Origin: Haliotis rufescens
Lineage: Eukaryota
Direction: 5' to 3'
NCBI RefSeq assembly: GCF_023055435.1
Contig: NW_025963890.1
Coordinates: 72,292,001-72,356,000 of the forward strand
Length of the DNA: 64,000 bases
Positions 39,869 to 53,630 of this stretch are shown piece after piece. The translations under genes were made by a program, and so were the position numbers. The first letter of the stretch is position 1, and each line of letters begins with the position of its first letter. Below the pieces are notes generated by a model that saw nothing but the letters and a program-made list of their open reading frames with translations, was not told the DNA's origin and ran no database searches.

Positions 39869-42377
39869 TTTCTAAATCCTGGATATGCATTATTATATGC
39901 ATGACAACAACGGTATGGTGTTTGATTTTTATGTGGGCCTTTGTCTGGTGTTTCCATGACGTCCTCCAATCTAATCCATCAAGGAGTATCAAAGTAGTGG
40001 CCTCTCGTGGGCTCCATCAAGCTGAACCAGTTCATCTCTGTCCACAACCATTACTGGAGGGATCGCTCTGAGCACAAGGCTGAACAGTTAGCACCATTTC
40101 ACCATGTAAACTTACCGAAATACATCCAGACTGTCCTTGTCTCCCTATTTGCAATTTTCCTAAATTTAAAACACATTTTTCATTTAATTAACACTTCGTT
40201 ATTCCCATGCGGTGATATTGTTTAATTGAAAGGAATCTGCTCGGCAAATATTTTCAGAAACATGCATAAAAGAGTAATAAGTTAATTCCTCAACGGAGCT
40301 TCACAACCCCTGCTAGACCGAAGGGGCTTTGATTGTCTTTGAGGGCTGAAGACATGGTAATATTTCATGGCAAATCCGTCAAAAACCGGCCAGTGTGACC
40401 GACTGAGGATTAGAGATGATTGCACACACTCGCGAGACCCTCCGTGAATACTAGCTCACGTGCGCTAACGCCAAGCCTTTGTGGCTTGCAGTGAGCCGGG
40501 CAAGACAAAAGGAAGATCCCGTCTCCCCCACCCTCAGCGCTCTCAAACACATCTGCCTCCCCCTAACGCATCGCCTTCTCAATGCAAAGCTGAGACACAC
40601 GATTAAACAGGATTTTCTGCAATATTATATTTCCTGAAATCCATATGGCAGGGCGGCTAATTACTGTGGGGATTTACCCGATATGTCAACAAAGCCGAGC
40701 CTTGGACGCAGCCATCTCAATTGCTGTTCATGGCCTCCTAAGGTGTGCAAGCAAACGAACAACAACAAAAGTTAGTTCTAATCCTGTTTTTATTTCCCAG
40801 CCATAACCCGGAACATGTCCGAAGCTAAACTACAACCAGATATGGTTTAACTTGAATCAAGTATCCGACCGAGTGATGTGTGTGCATCGGACGTGCACAG
40901 GGTTCTGTATCGAGTTAGGGAAGGACTACAGTTTAAACGATTATTGTAAATATTTTCAAACCATTTATTCTACACTGGATATTCAATTAAATTATTACAT
41001 GTTATAAACGCCTGTGTTTTAACAGTGTAAAACCTCCCATGAATAAAGTTAAAATGGATTATTACTTTAATAAACAAACATAAAAATCCTTAAACATTTT
41101 GGAACAAAGGACGAAGTAGGATAAGGGTCCTTTAGGGCCACGGGAAATGTCAAATTGTATGGACGGTGTCCAAAACAAAAATATGGCTAAAAAAGTGAAA
41201 AAAGCGACAAAATAGTCAACAGAAATGTAGAAGCAGAGTCGGTTGAACGGTGCCGACTTCATCACCAGCATGTGTTTTTGATAGTGATGACACCAGGTGT
41301 TCGCGAAAAGGTGAATGTATAAAAGTCAAACTTATAAAATTTCAAATTAAAATATACCCAAGGTTGTGTCCCTAGAAGAATCTTTTACCATATATCTGTG
41401 ATGTTACCTTTCTATGAAACTTTTATATTTCTATATCAAATATTAGAAAAACGCCTCATGAAAACCTCAAATGAGCCTATTTTGCACACTTTGTCCTCAC
41501 CTATGCATGTAGTGTCTTCTAAACATAAACCTAGTATTTTACAGTTATCAAAATTCATATTTAATGCAATTAAATTGTATTGGTCACATTATCAGGAATT
41601 GGATTCCTGTAATGTTATGTTCTATGGGCCTGTGGCCCCTAACTTGAAATATAGGTGTAAGAAAAAAAGTGCCATAAGTCCCGAACATGTAGTGAAATAA
41701 ACAAAGTCTTGTTTTCATTTGAACATATCTGATAACTTTCAAAACAAATTTTATAAGTTTTGCTCAGTGCTTTAATTATGTAGCATCTCATGGGCCAAAT
41801 ATGGCCCTCATCCAACCTTACACTTTCCATTGCACTTAACAGAAGACTCAATACGTACGTATAGCTGCATTGATCAAATTATGCAGCGAAGGCAAAGGAA
41901 GAGATTGTATTGTTAACCGTTGCATCACACTGATTGATATTCAATTGCATTCTCTTTTCTTTTTCTTTTTTACAAAAAGCCTTACATCTTTAATGATTGC
42001 AGATTCCTGTTCCATGTTACAAATATTTCTGGTAAAGTTTAATCGAGAAATTGGGTTGAAACAGGCTGTGCCAAACATCTTGTGTTCAAAGTAACGCGAC
42101 CCAATCGTATCTGGCTGTCAAAAGACTGGAGTTGTGGGTAAGAGAGGGAGACTGGCGAACGCAGACACATTGATTCCTAGCTGCGAAAGTTTCAGCACGT
42201 GATCCGGGGTGAGGGCAAAAACATCTTCCCACCAAATTCTTTAAAAAGACAAGTCAATGTCTAATGGAAGGTTCCCCTCGAAACCAAGCAACGCGGCTAC
42301 ATGCGGTACAAGAACATGTTCTGTCGAACTACAAGAACATGTGTCATTGTTGTGCGGGTGATGCCGGCTGCACGAGT

Positions 42378-43050
42378 GTTGTCACTGGCTTGAGTGGGAC
42401 GGGGCCAGTCATGGGGTGGGTCATTTGTGGGGCAGGGTTGTAGAGTCACTGGCTTGAGTGGGACCGGGGCCAGTCATGGGGTGGGTCATTTGTGGGGCAG
42501 GGTTGTAGAGTCAATGGCTTGAGTGGGACTGGGGCCAGTCATGTAGAGTCACTGGCTTGACTGGGACCGGGGCCAGTCATGGGGTGGGTCATTTGTGGGG
42601 CAGGGTTGTAGAGTCACTGGCTTGAGTGGGACTGGGGCCAGTCATGTAGAGTCACTGGCTTGAGTGGGACCGGGGCCAGTCATTGGGTGGGTCATTTGTG
42701 GGGCAGGGTTGTAGAGTCACTGGCTTGAGTGGGACTGGGGCCAGTCATGTAGAGTCACTGGCTTGAGTGGGACCGGGGCCAGTCATGGGGTGGGTCATTT
42801 GTGGGGCAGGGTTGTAGAGTCACTGGCTTGAGTGGGACCGGGGCCAGTCATGGGATGGGTCATTTGTTGGGTGGGGTTGAAGGGTTAGTGGTATGTATTG
42901 GGCAAGTCATGGCGTGGGGTGGGGTTGCTGGGTCACTGGCATGTTTGGGGGGTAAGGCATGGGGTGGGTCATTTGTTGGGTGGGGTTGAAGAGCCAGTGG
43001 TGTATTGGGCAAGTCATGGCGTGGGGTAGGGTTGCTGGGTCACTGGCTAC
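42378..43050. repeat. G-rich compound minisatellite of alternating 65-bp and 38-bp units
   Basis: gtagagtca unit starts at 42440, 42505, 42543, 42608, 42646, 42711, 42749, 42814; decays to the right. Confidence 0.92.
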
Positions 43051-46000
43051 GATGGTATGTGGAACAAGTCATGGGTGGGCCAGTCGTGTGGTTGTGTTGT
43101 TGTATGGGTGTTTCTGCCAGCGATATTCTGTGTAAACCAAGATATATTCTCAACAACAAACAAAAATGGTTCTTTCAGATCAGTTTGAAATGGCCACAGA
43201 GTGTGTTTGTTTTGACTGTATAAGATAAAGGTTAACAAACAAACACACATGCTTCTTTGACGGATGGGCGGGTGGGTTATTGGGCGAGGTAAGACTGACT
43301 GTAGGATCTATGTTTGAACTAACTGCCTGACAACTGCTCACAAACAATCACAAACGCGTCACGCGATCACGTAATATAACCACTCGCGTTCTTGGAAATA
43401 TTTTACCAAACATTAAATCGAGACTATATTATTCTTGAAACAAACATATATCAATCTATATGGAGTTGTGTAATGATAGAAAGTTCAAAACGGAATAGTA
43501 CCAGAATAGTCAAACCACAATCACCCTGACAGTACGTCTGTGACATTTGAAATATGCCTACAACGCATAGCTGTAGAGCCTTAGTTGCAGATATCATTTT
43601 TCAAAAGAATTATCAGTCTGTAGCCTGTAGTTAAGAAATACAAGGCTCTCCTGTATAAAACTGACATTCTCATTTATTAACAACGTGTATTCTGAGATAG
43701 CATCTACGCTGTGCTGTTCTTTGGTTCAGACATCTGTGTGTTTATTTGTCTAGTTCAAATGATCCCGGTTTGTTGAAAGAGTTATTTCCGGGTAAATCAA
43801 GTTGAAGGAACAGCATGCCAAACGCCGATCGTTCTACACTCCACTATCTAAACATTAAATATGCATTTATTTAAAAATATACCACTTAATGTTCTAATTT
43901 ATTTTACAAAATAACGTGAACAATATTTATATTTTAATACGTCATAATACCCTTCAATCAGAGTCCGGCCCTCGACGAGCCATTGAGCGGAATGAGAGAA
44001 GGGTTTAATTAAACCGAAATGGAAAACATGCTCTTTGTAATACCCACACAAATGTCCTATTGTACCAGAGCGATCCATTCAACCACCACAAGGGAATAAA
44101 ACGCCGAGTAAAACACGAGTAAAACACGAGTCTCAAAAGATATCAAAACCGATAAAGCAACGGTTGTTGGATTTTCAACCATCGGGTGTTTAGTGATGAA
44201 GATGGGGATGTTGTAGCATGCCGGAGCAGACGAGGACGTGAAGCTGGGAAATAATTGGTCACTAGGATGACATCGGGCGTCTGATGAATAAATCACGACT
44301 TCCACCCTCATCTTGCTTTCTGAATGGATTAATGCGTGTCCCAGTTTGTATTGAGGCCCATAGTGCGACATTAGAGGGCGGAATACTACACAGTCCCTTC
44401 AACCAGATTACTGCCATATCCATCCGCCTTCCGCTGCACTGCACTTTATCACTTGTCCATCCTAGCGTCCCTATATTCATTGTAATAACCCTCTTTTTTA
44501 CACTAATTGTTATAAAGAATCCAAGCTGATATTGGGTATTCATTTAAAGATATATATCTAGCTATCCAAATCATTTCAAACGCAACATAAATATTTACAA
44601 AAAACCCTATAAATTCTTCTCACGTTAATAAATGGTGAGATATTACAATAATCGCCCACAGAGGCTGAGCCATAGAAAAACTGGTTCGTGACTGAGCCAC
44701 CGTCTATACATTTTACATAAGCGTGCGTCAACCTCAGCGAGAACTTTCTCGTGGATGTGGCGAGAATTGAAGAAAAATACGTTTTCCCCGCTCAGTGAAA
44801 TTACATCTGTCAAGGTCGCCGGATGACGCCAAACTCAACATGCTTTTTAAGATTTAAATAGTTTCACAGAACTGTGAAAAAACGGGAAGTATTTCGGCAA
44901 AGCCCAACTCTCCTCGTGCGGTAGTCGTTTTCAACCGAGGATAATATTGCATGAATGCATATTTAAACCGGAGTGTTATTTTAATCGTGATAATTGAACG
45001 TTGACAGAAATATAATGTTTTGATAAATGCCTCAACACCAACAAAATAATGCATGTCGAGTATTATTGTATGTTGCAGCAACAATGGCATTAATAATAAT
45101 AATACTGACAAGCATTGATAATGATTCGGCTCAAATTTATTATTCATCCACGATATTTCGGTATAGGTAATAATAGCTTGTCCAGTGTTGATTTCTTCTA
45201 ATCGTTTTACTCACGTAATACTTCCTAAAATAATGCATATATTTTATTAAAAGAAATATGATTAATATACACTCTTTGTGTCATCCGATTCATTTCCCTG
45301 ATTATGAAAAAACATATGGATCGACAGATAAATATAAAACAAGAACTGATGGTACATTTCCCAGTTTGGACAATTTATTTTTTACATATATACTGTAACT
45401 GTACTCTTGAAAATAACATGCGTGAAACCGGTTGAGTAAATTATACAGCTCATCTTTGGACTTTTGTACTTTAATCTAGCTCTGCACATGTGGCTGTGAG
45501 AGATGGCAGTCGGATGCCCATGTTTCTGATACGTTTAACACTGCAGTGAAAGATGTACATAGCTAATGTAAATTAGGAAATACTATATGTAATGACATAG
45601 CCATGTAATTATTACCTACAGAGGATCATTGTCACAGATGGGCTGAATATGTGCTAATAAATTTGAACTCCATATGCAGCCAATATTGTAGCCTTGCTCC
45701 AAGGTTGTACTGAATGGTAAGTCCGTGGGTGTATAGTAATTCTATCCTCATAATAGGCAAGTCTAGATAAGGGGACAGAACAAGGACGCCACACTTAAAG
45801 GGACAACTTGTTCCTATCATTTTATAATCTAGAAAATATGATTTAACCTAATAATTATTGCCTCAGATACTTGTGCAACTCTACCAATATTCTGTTAACA
45901 CTATTACATATACCAGTCACACATCTAATGGCTAGACTATATGATTTTGATAGACACAATCTATATTTAATTGAAAAGGAGTCTCAAGGAGTTTCAGAAA

Positions 46001-49000
46001 TTGTGGAAAATCTAGACTTGCTTCATTTAGAGCTATAGCATTACAGTAAGGGCTGCGGAAGGGAAAATAATATGGTTCAGGGACTGTGAGAGAGATTAGC
46101 CTGATCACGTACCAGATATAACGAATGTAATGTTGACAAATGACAACAAGAAGCCTATTGACCTCGATAACAATTACTATTAGAATGACATATGAGAAAT
46201 ATATGAATTAGATAGGTCTAGGTTCAACTAACTAATAACTAACAATAAAGGAATTATGAACAATTTTTAGGCATTGAATATTTACTTTGAGTTTGAGTCG
46301 AATAGACCATTACTTATGTCCCAATAGGAAAAAGATCGCACGTAATCTAATATTTTCTAATGGAATAAACTGCAATATGAATACAACAATTGTTCTATTC
46401 AACAGTACGTCCCTGCATATTAACATCATATTATATAACCTAGAACGCTGAATTACAGAACAGTAGATTAAGAAATGGTATTCTGTTATCGGCTGTGGCC
46501 TCGATGTGGGCTGAAGTGGTGTAACATTATTGAGAGGGTATTGTAAGAACACGTCATTTAAAATATTTTTTATATCTACCACTATTAAAATCGTAGATTA
46601 TTTGTTTATTATTTTGTGTGTGCAAACTTGCATACAATCTCCAGCAGCGGGAGGGGTGGTGTAAATTCTGCTGGGTCCCATGCAGGTAGCAGGGGTTCTG
46701 TATGTCCCCATGGTACGTGGCATGGTGGGCTCCTTTGTTTCTTCCGCCTGAATGTCATAGCGTGTCGTGTTTTAATAATCCGATCTTTGTGTTGTTTTCA
46801 AACTAGTTTTAAGTTCAAATCTGTGATACGTGACTAGTAATTCTACTGTCCTTTGATGTCAGGTTTTTAGAATGCATACATGCATTACTTTCTAAAGTCA
46901 CAACATAGATGAAATATTGCCGACGTGACAAACTCCCCCAATCACTGAACTGCTTCCACAGCTTAAAACAAATGAAATATGTGGAAATTTGAGAGAAACA
47001 GATCATCAAAACAACGATTCCGGGCCAGGTAAGGTGGGAATAGGTCGCAGGATAGTATAACTTGTCTAGCCCGTCCCCCAGACCCTAGGGGATCAATTAT
47101 GTAAAATGAATCTCAACTCTAGAATGATTTGGCAAATCAAATTGCTTCAATTCTGAATTTAAGCATTGTTCTCGGCTCCATTTGGATTTTATTTTGTAGA
47201 AATATATTTTGAAAAAAGTTGACTTTTTTTCTGGGACTAAATGCTAGTCTATATCCTGTCGTAGGAAACGACTTGTTGGATCGAGTGGTCAGTATCATTT
47301 ACACCGACTGCGGCATAAAACAACAGATATCATCGCGGCATACAAGTATTCTTGAACGGATCAAGTCGATGTTTGACGAGTATGTCCAACCGGTTCGATA
47401 CACTCACAAGTAGCATCCCTTTAACATCAATCAAATATCTGAAAGCTAGTCTGGCCGGGCGTACCAACATAATTCTAAATTTGTAATATTTCCCAATCAA
47501 TTGCGCGAGACTTAATACATTGCTTACTGACAATTTTACTTCATTTGACATATAACCCAGTTCAATAACCCTCCACTAGCAAGGATGTTATCAGTGATAA
47601 CTCGTCTTTTAAAGAATCGGTAATGGTTCAAGATTTAAAGAATCTCGAAACAGTGTAGCGTTAGGCACACGTTCCTATCTTTCAACTGTTAACATGACAC
47701 CTAGTTTATTTATTCTATTCGTTTATGTACAAAGCGAGTATCTATATATGTGTAGGGACATGCCCCACAAGTGTGATCAATGGTCAACCGGACATAGATC
47801 ACCATCCTCTGTAGACACATGACCACGTCTATTATTGTTATACTTATTATTACATGTAACCATTCACATTTTTCACATTGTGATTCATAACTGAATAATT
47901 CAGATATTTAACTGATAACTCGTTTCCACTTCGAGTTTTTACACTAGCACAAACAACCTTGTATTTATAAACGCTATTGCGTGGAACGGCCATAATTCGA
48001 TTCAGATTGACTTAAGCGCCACGATGTAAGTTAATTTCTCTTTATAGAACAAAAATAAAACATTACTTTTGTTAATTCTACATTAAGAGAGAACGATCCA
48101 TTACAGGCCACTATTCATCTCGTCGTGGAACAATTGCTTCGTGTTACGGTATCATGAGGAGACGGTCTCTGCTTACCGAAGCGAGGCTTATACACCGAAC
48201 CAGCGAAAAAAACACGATACGCAACCATTTACAGCCTAATCTATGCATCAGTAATACATAATTGCTGAATATCAAGCGCACTACAGATTTAAAATACAAA
48301 AAAATGTTATTTGTTTTTCAAGTGCTATCGCCCTTTTATAACTCCACTGTGCCCCATAGCGGAGTGGGAGTGTTAAATCTGTGAGAGGTTGCGCTGTGTT
48401 TACGTCGGGGAGATGCTTGTTCGCGTGTGGGTTTTGGAAAATCAATATTTCATTGCGACGGGAATTATTTCATCATTAAAACAATGCAAATATCAAGTCG
48501 CTCGATAAACTATTTGTTAATGCAAATTCACAGCATTATAGCTGCGAATTTTTTTCAAAACAACACGCTTAATATGTGAATAATTTAGAAATTAATGTTC
48601 ATTACAGAACTAAACAACGCTTTCAGAAATATGAAAGCAATGCATGTTTGGTCCCTAATGATTCACACAAACCTAATAAATCTCCTTAATTGATAAAAAC
48701 ATTTTGATGTTTTTGTATATTACTTAGGCAAATATTTGCACACGGCACATCCGTCTTCGCAAGATAATTTCATTTATATAAGCCGTAATTCTTGAATAAA
48801 ATATTTAAAGAAAACATGACATTCATAATTTATGAACATTATCATAACGATGGAAAATGAAATATTATTTAAAACGGATGAAGACTGCGACAAGGTTTAT
48901 ATCTTTCCACACGAGAAAGCACAGAAATAAAAATAGATAAAATTTATTTTTGTGGTGTTATTTTGAGGAATTACCACAAGGTTTGTCAAGCGTAACATGA

Positions 49001-52000
49001 TTAACGATATCTAATGGGAGATAAAACTATTTGTTCACAACTTACCTCCATAGAAGAAATGCGATATGAAATTATTTTGGATTTTTATCAATTGCATTAA
49101 TTCAATAGCTTCGAGTGACACGTGTTACCTGCCCTGATCGTGCATGTTATTAAAACGTTTCTCATGAACGCATGATTTCCTCATCGGAGGAGATATATAT
49201 TACATACATATTCCATATAGGTATAATTTGTAAACCCCATCTCCTTTAATAAATGTCAAAACATTCGAAGAGAGTTTCCTGTTTTTTTCGACGATTCAAT
49301 ACCCTTTGTCAATAATATATAAGGTACAAGTGCACAGTTACATTTATGACCACAGACATTTATAGTCTTGTTATTAAACATCAGGTTTAATTATTTATGT
49401 ACAAATGATTCACGATTTATTTAGAAACAGAAGGTCAAACGGTGAAAAATGACATTTCCTCCACAACCGATTCAAAAAGATCTGTAGGTTTAACAATAAG
49501 CTGTCGAGCTGCGCGGAGTTGAAAAAGGCTCAGGTGTAGCAGAGTGAACAGAAGATCGATAGTCTGCACATTAGCAGCAGCCGAGCGGGGCCCCTATTGC
49601 CGTGTAGGGAGCTTGTATGCCACAAGGACATGGCCCTCCTTTCTAATAATCTTTCTCCGACATTATTCTCAGTTCGAGGGTACTGGGCAGGTGTTCAATG
49701 TGGCAGAGCGTTCTCTACCGAATTGACACCTTTTCTCTACGTCTCATCAGGAAAACTCGATTTGCCGTGGTGATGGCCGGTTATATCGGCTGGGTTTTAC
49801 CGAATCAATTGCAGTAAACTGCAGAGCGGCGTAGCAGGAAAAACTGTTGACCACTGAGGATATCGATCGATTTGACAGGCCACATCGCCTATAGAACGGA
49901 CCCGTACAATGCCTCTAAATTAGAATCCGTTCAGACCAGCTACATATGCTAGCGGAGTCGCCGTCCCCCTAGGGGCGATATATCATGCCCCTATCAAGGC
50001 GCTTCATCTATCTCTAGTCAAATATCAATGAAACAAATTGTAGTGTTGAAAGTCAATTACAGCAGACAAACGGACAAGACGTGGGAGAACGGAGTTGTAA
50101 CGACTCCCTCTCGCTTCTCCGCCAACAAAGACAAATCTTTTTACATTTGTCATATTGGGTAAAGGGGCAGGCGAGTATTACCCTGATCAGATGAGTTTTT
50201 CACTACGATTCTTAAACTCATGGGGATTGAACACTACCAGTATTCATAGGTACGACGGTATGATTAAAAATCACCATAACTCAATATACTGTTGATAGAA
50301 CAGAACGTTCATTTACTGTGTTAATGTTGGCGCTATACAAGTGTATATTATTATTATCATTATTATTAATATTATCATTATTATTATTATCTGTCATGAT
50401 TTTCTAATCAGCGATTGCATAATAAACAATAGTTTCTTCACGTTGAATCTTCCAGGACCCCGCTGACCATGACGTAAGATGTTGAAATTTATTTAACTGT
50501 TTACAGCTGTTCGGAACAACACTTCACCTGACGTTGTAAACAACGCTTTGAAGTCCGCGTGTGACGTAATACATAGCTCCCTAATAGGCAAGCGAGAATG
50601 GTGCGGAATTTGGACGTTAATAAACCTAAACACTCGTCACAATGGGGTATTTTACAAGCTCGGCGGCCTGATTCAAGTCCGAGCCACACTATTTAAGTTT
50701 TTAATTAGCGGGTGAATTTCTCCCAGCTTGATTTAGGAGGTGAATTTACAGGACAGTGAGATACTTAGCCCCGGCCAACTGTCACCCCTAAGACTCCGCC
50801 ACAATTGCCAGTCTTTGAAATTAGCTGCATATTAAACACACTCGAATGGTGGCAGTGTTTGGCTATTGAGTAATAGCAAACGTATTGTAAGCATTCAACG
50901 CGCGGTGTTTCCCAACCGGCCAAATTGTCAGTATGGGGATTAGCTTTCAATGGAAATGCCTTCTTCCTCTGTCTAACTTGACGGTTTGGGACAAGCAAGG
51001 CAATGTCCACGCAGACAGTTAATACTGTGTTTCCCGCTTCATTTAGATCGACAACATTGGGTTTTGTTCCTATCGGAAATGCAGACAAAGGAAAATGAAA
51101 AACAGGGGTGAATTGGAAGTGTTTGCTGAGAAAACGACTTGTCTGGCTACAAAGGAAGGAATCATTGGTGACCCTGCCTGGCTCATGAGGCTGTTTGGTA
51201 AACATGACCTCACAGGCAGGGTCGGCGGTGGGACACGCTAGGTTCAGCTGCTAAACGTATTGTCACAAATCACTGGTCACCTGCCCAGTGGCTAGTGTCC
51301 TTTACACCTCTGAATAGCCTGGGTGTCAAATCCGATAGAAAGGTAATACCACCCGTTGTAAGTTTAGCTCGATCGTGACAACGCTGGAGTTTATTGGATG
51401 TGAACAGTGTCACATGGACAATGCCTAGGTGAGGTGAAGTTGGTTTAAATAACGCAGTGCCAGGTAAGCACACTTCACGCCTACCCGACGAACAGAAGTA
51501 TCAGACTGCCTAGCCACTAAACAATTAATATCAAATATCAAAACTTCATTTTCAAATCAAGAGTCTTGTTTGTCGACCATATCACAATATCAAAATACAC
51601 CAAAACACTTTCTGGATTTAACCAATACGATTCAATTTCGATTCCATCTTTGGCAAATGTCACAAAGCAGGCATATTTGACATAAACGACCGCAAAGGTG
51701 TTGTCTGCTTTAACCCTGATCCGTCAGCAGAATCAAACACAAAGAAAAACGAATTTACTTTTCGACTGCAGTTAGAAGGATGGCAAATAAAAGGCTACAG
51801 ATCAATCTAGCCGGGAGTCGATCCTGTGAGCTTGCTACAAGAAAGCCACAGTATCGAATACCTATACATCATGCTCGTCACCCAACCAAGCAACAGTTAT
51901 AAAGAACCATGCCTGTCGAAATACCGGGGGTTTATACCGTAACCCGTTATTGACTCGGAATCAATAACCAATAGCTCCTATTACACTCTTACCAGTTTCG

Positions 52001-52735
52001 GTTTAACACTGTGTGCTAAGACCCATATTCTTCAGTCTTTTCAAGCCTATTATTAATCCTTTTTGTTAGTCCCGTTGTGGCCTGTGTTCAAATTAGAGGA
52101 GGGAAATTCTTACTTAATTTTTCATTTCCCGCGTTAATTTGAGCTAGAAATAAAGAGGCGCATTGAGAAGCGAAGTCTCTGAGGGTTGGGGAACAGAGCC
52201 GGAGTGGTCAGGAGGAATTACTGTAGTGTGCATGACGGATGAGACTGGGAACCACACACACAGACTGAGTGTCATGTAGTGTGGTCATGTAGTGCTACTG
52301 CTAATGGTATTTGCTCACGTTTAGTTTACGACGGCAGCGTTGGAACCGACCAGGAACCTTGGACAGTCATCGAGCCGTGGCGAGACCTGATTGAACGGAG
52401 GAATCAAGTCGTCCAGAGCTATAATACACGTCCCGCGAGGACTGAGATTAGCAGGATAGGAGAATAATCTCAACTCTAGTCTCCTGGTCCAGAAAAGGAC
52501 TCTCAGATCTGTCTCCGGACTTTAATAGTTTCAAAGGCTGACGAACCATTCCCCACGATTCCCATCAAACATGTCTCGACCCCGGTTCTTGAGTTCCCTA
52601 TAGAATTGTTATAATCTAGTTATTACACATTGTCGCTACGTCGTACTAATAACAAGATCCCTGTTAATCAACGCAGTGTCAGTCGGTCAGTAATGATGTT
52701 GGTATTCCAGGCTAGTGTTTACATTTGGTACTTAC

Positions 52736-52820
52736 CTACTGACAGCCACACGTTGAATGATAACAGTAAAATCCTGAGTAAGCCGTCCATTCCGACTGAT
52801 TGCGTTGAGAGGGATACCAT
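52736..52820 (-). CDS. First coding exon (signal peptide) of an unidentified secreted or membrane protein gene; downstream exons not established
   Basis: Minus strand reads ATG GTA TCC CTC TCA ACG CAA TCA GTC GGA ATG GAC GGC TTA CTC AGG ATT TTA CTG TTA TCA TTC AAC GTG TGG CTG TCA GTA G|GTAAGT = MVSLSTQSVGMDGLLRILLLSFNVWLSV + 1 nt. It has a hydrophobic core (ILLLSFNVWL) and a consensus donor (+ strand acttac 52730-52735). A phase-1 intron after a signal peptide is a typical metazoan arrangement. There is an in-frame stop upstream of the ATG and a second in-frame ATG at 52790. Confidence 0.7.
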
Positions 52821-53159
52821 AGTAGAGTTACTCCTTACCCTCGTCACCGTGTCACCATCGCACAGAGGACGGACATAGGCCGGTCACAGCCAGAAACTCC
52901 AGTATCAATACACGAGTACAATCAGAAATTATCTTAAATGTGAATGAAGAGCCCGCGTTGTCATCAACAGCGTTCGGTTCCTTTACACAGCTCCAAACCA
53001 GAATACCGACACAGAGAGAGCAATACAAGATTCCTGATTCAGAAGCTTGTGAAGAATACTCAGTTACAGCATGTATAAATCCATCAGCATTGGCCACTGC
53101 TTCCTAGAAAGCTGAAGACACCCCCATAGCATATAGTTCGCGTCTTTCTGTACGCCGGC

Positions 53160-53630
53160 AGTCGACTGACTGAAGGATGGCAGTTGAGCTGATCGTGGTG
53201 GAGTTGATCGCTACTCGCTGCCGACAACGACCAATACGAAGGCTTGGCAACGGGCGTGATCGTGCATAAATTTACACGTGAGTTTAGCATCAGAGCGCAA
53301 CGTCGAAGCCGCTTATGAGGCACGCATAGTGAATTACATTTGATTGGAGAGTCCGATATAATCGCGATCTTGGACTGTAGTGTTATGGTCTGATAATCCT
53401 CGTCGTGCGCGATAAGACAAGCACATGGCGTTTGTTGGTGTGTCCCGAGGGCGGAGCGCAGCTGTGTTTGACGGGGCGTACAAAAGCGCCGACAGCAGAG
53501 GGCGGGCTTAAGGTAATGACTGACAGTTCTCGACTACAGGGGGTGGGATCTGGCAACCAACCTACACACACAACCCTCTGAGATTTTTCGCGTTCCAATC
53601 AGAGTACTAGCTCGTGGGAAATCGATAAAC
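53160..53630 (-). promoter_or_regulatory. Putative core/proximal promoter of the minus-strand gene
   Basis: CpG-rich unique sequence just upstream of the signal-peptide exon. It contains CCAAT boxes (53343-53347 on -, 53595-53599 on +), GC boxes GGGCGG (53449-53454, 53500-53505), a Su(H)/CSL site CGTGGGAA (53613-53620) and Inr-like TCAGTC on - (53164-53173). The exact TSS cannot be determined. Confidence 0.55.

Noticed and set aside
40089-40099. TAGCACCATTT, matching the start of miR-29
   Set aside because: Match stops after 11 nt and no precursor hairpin is evident.
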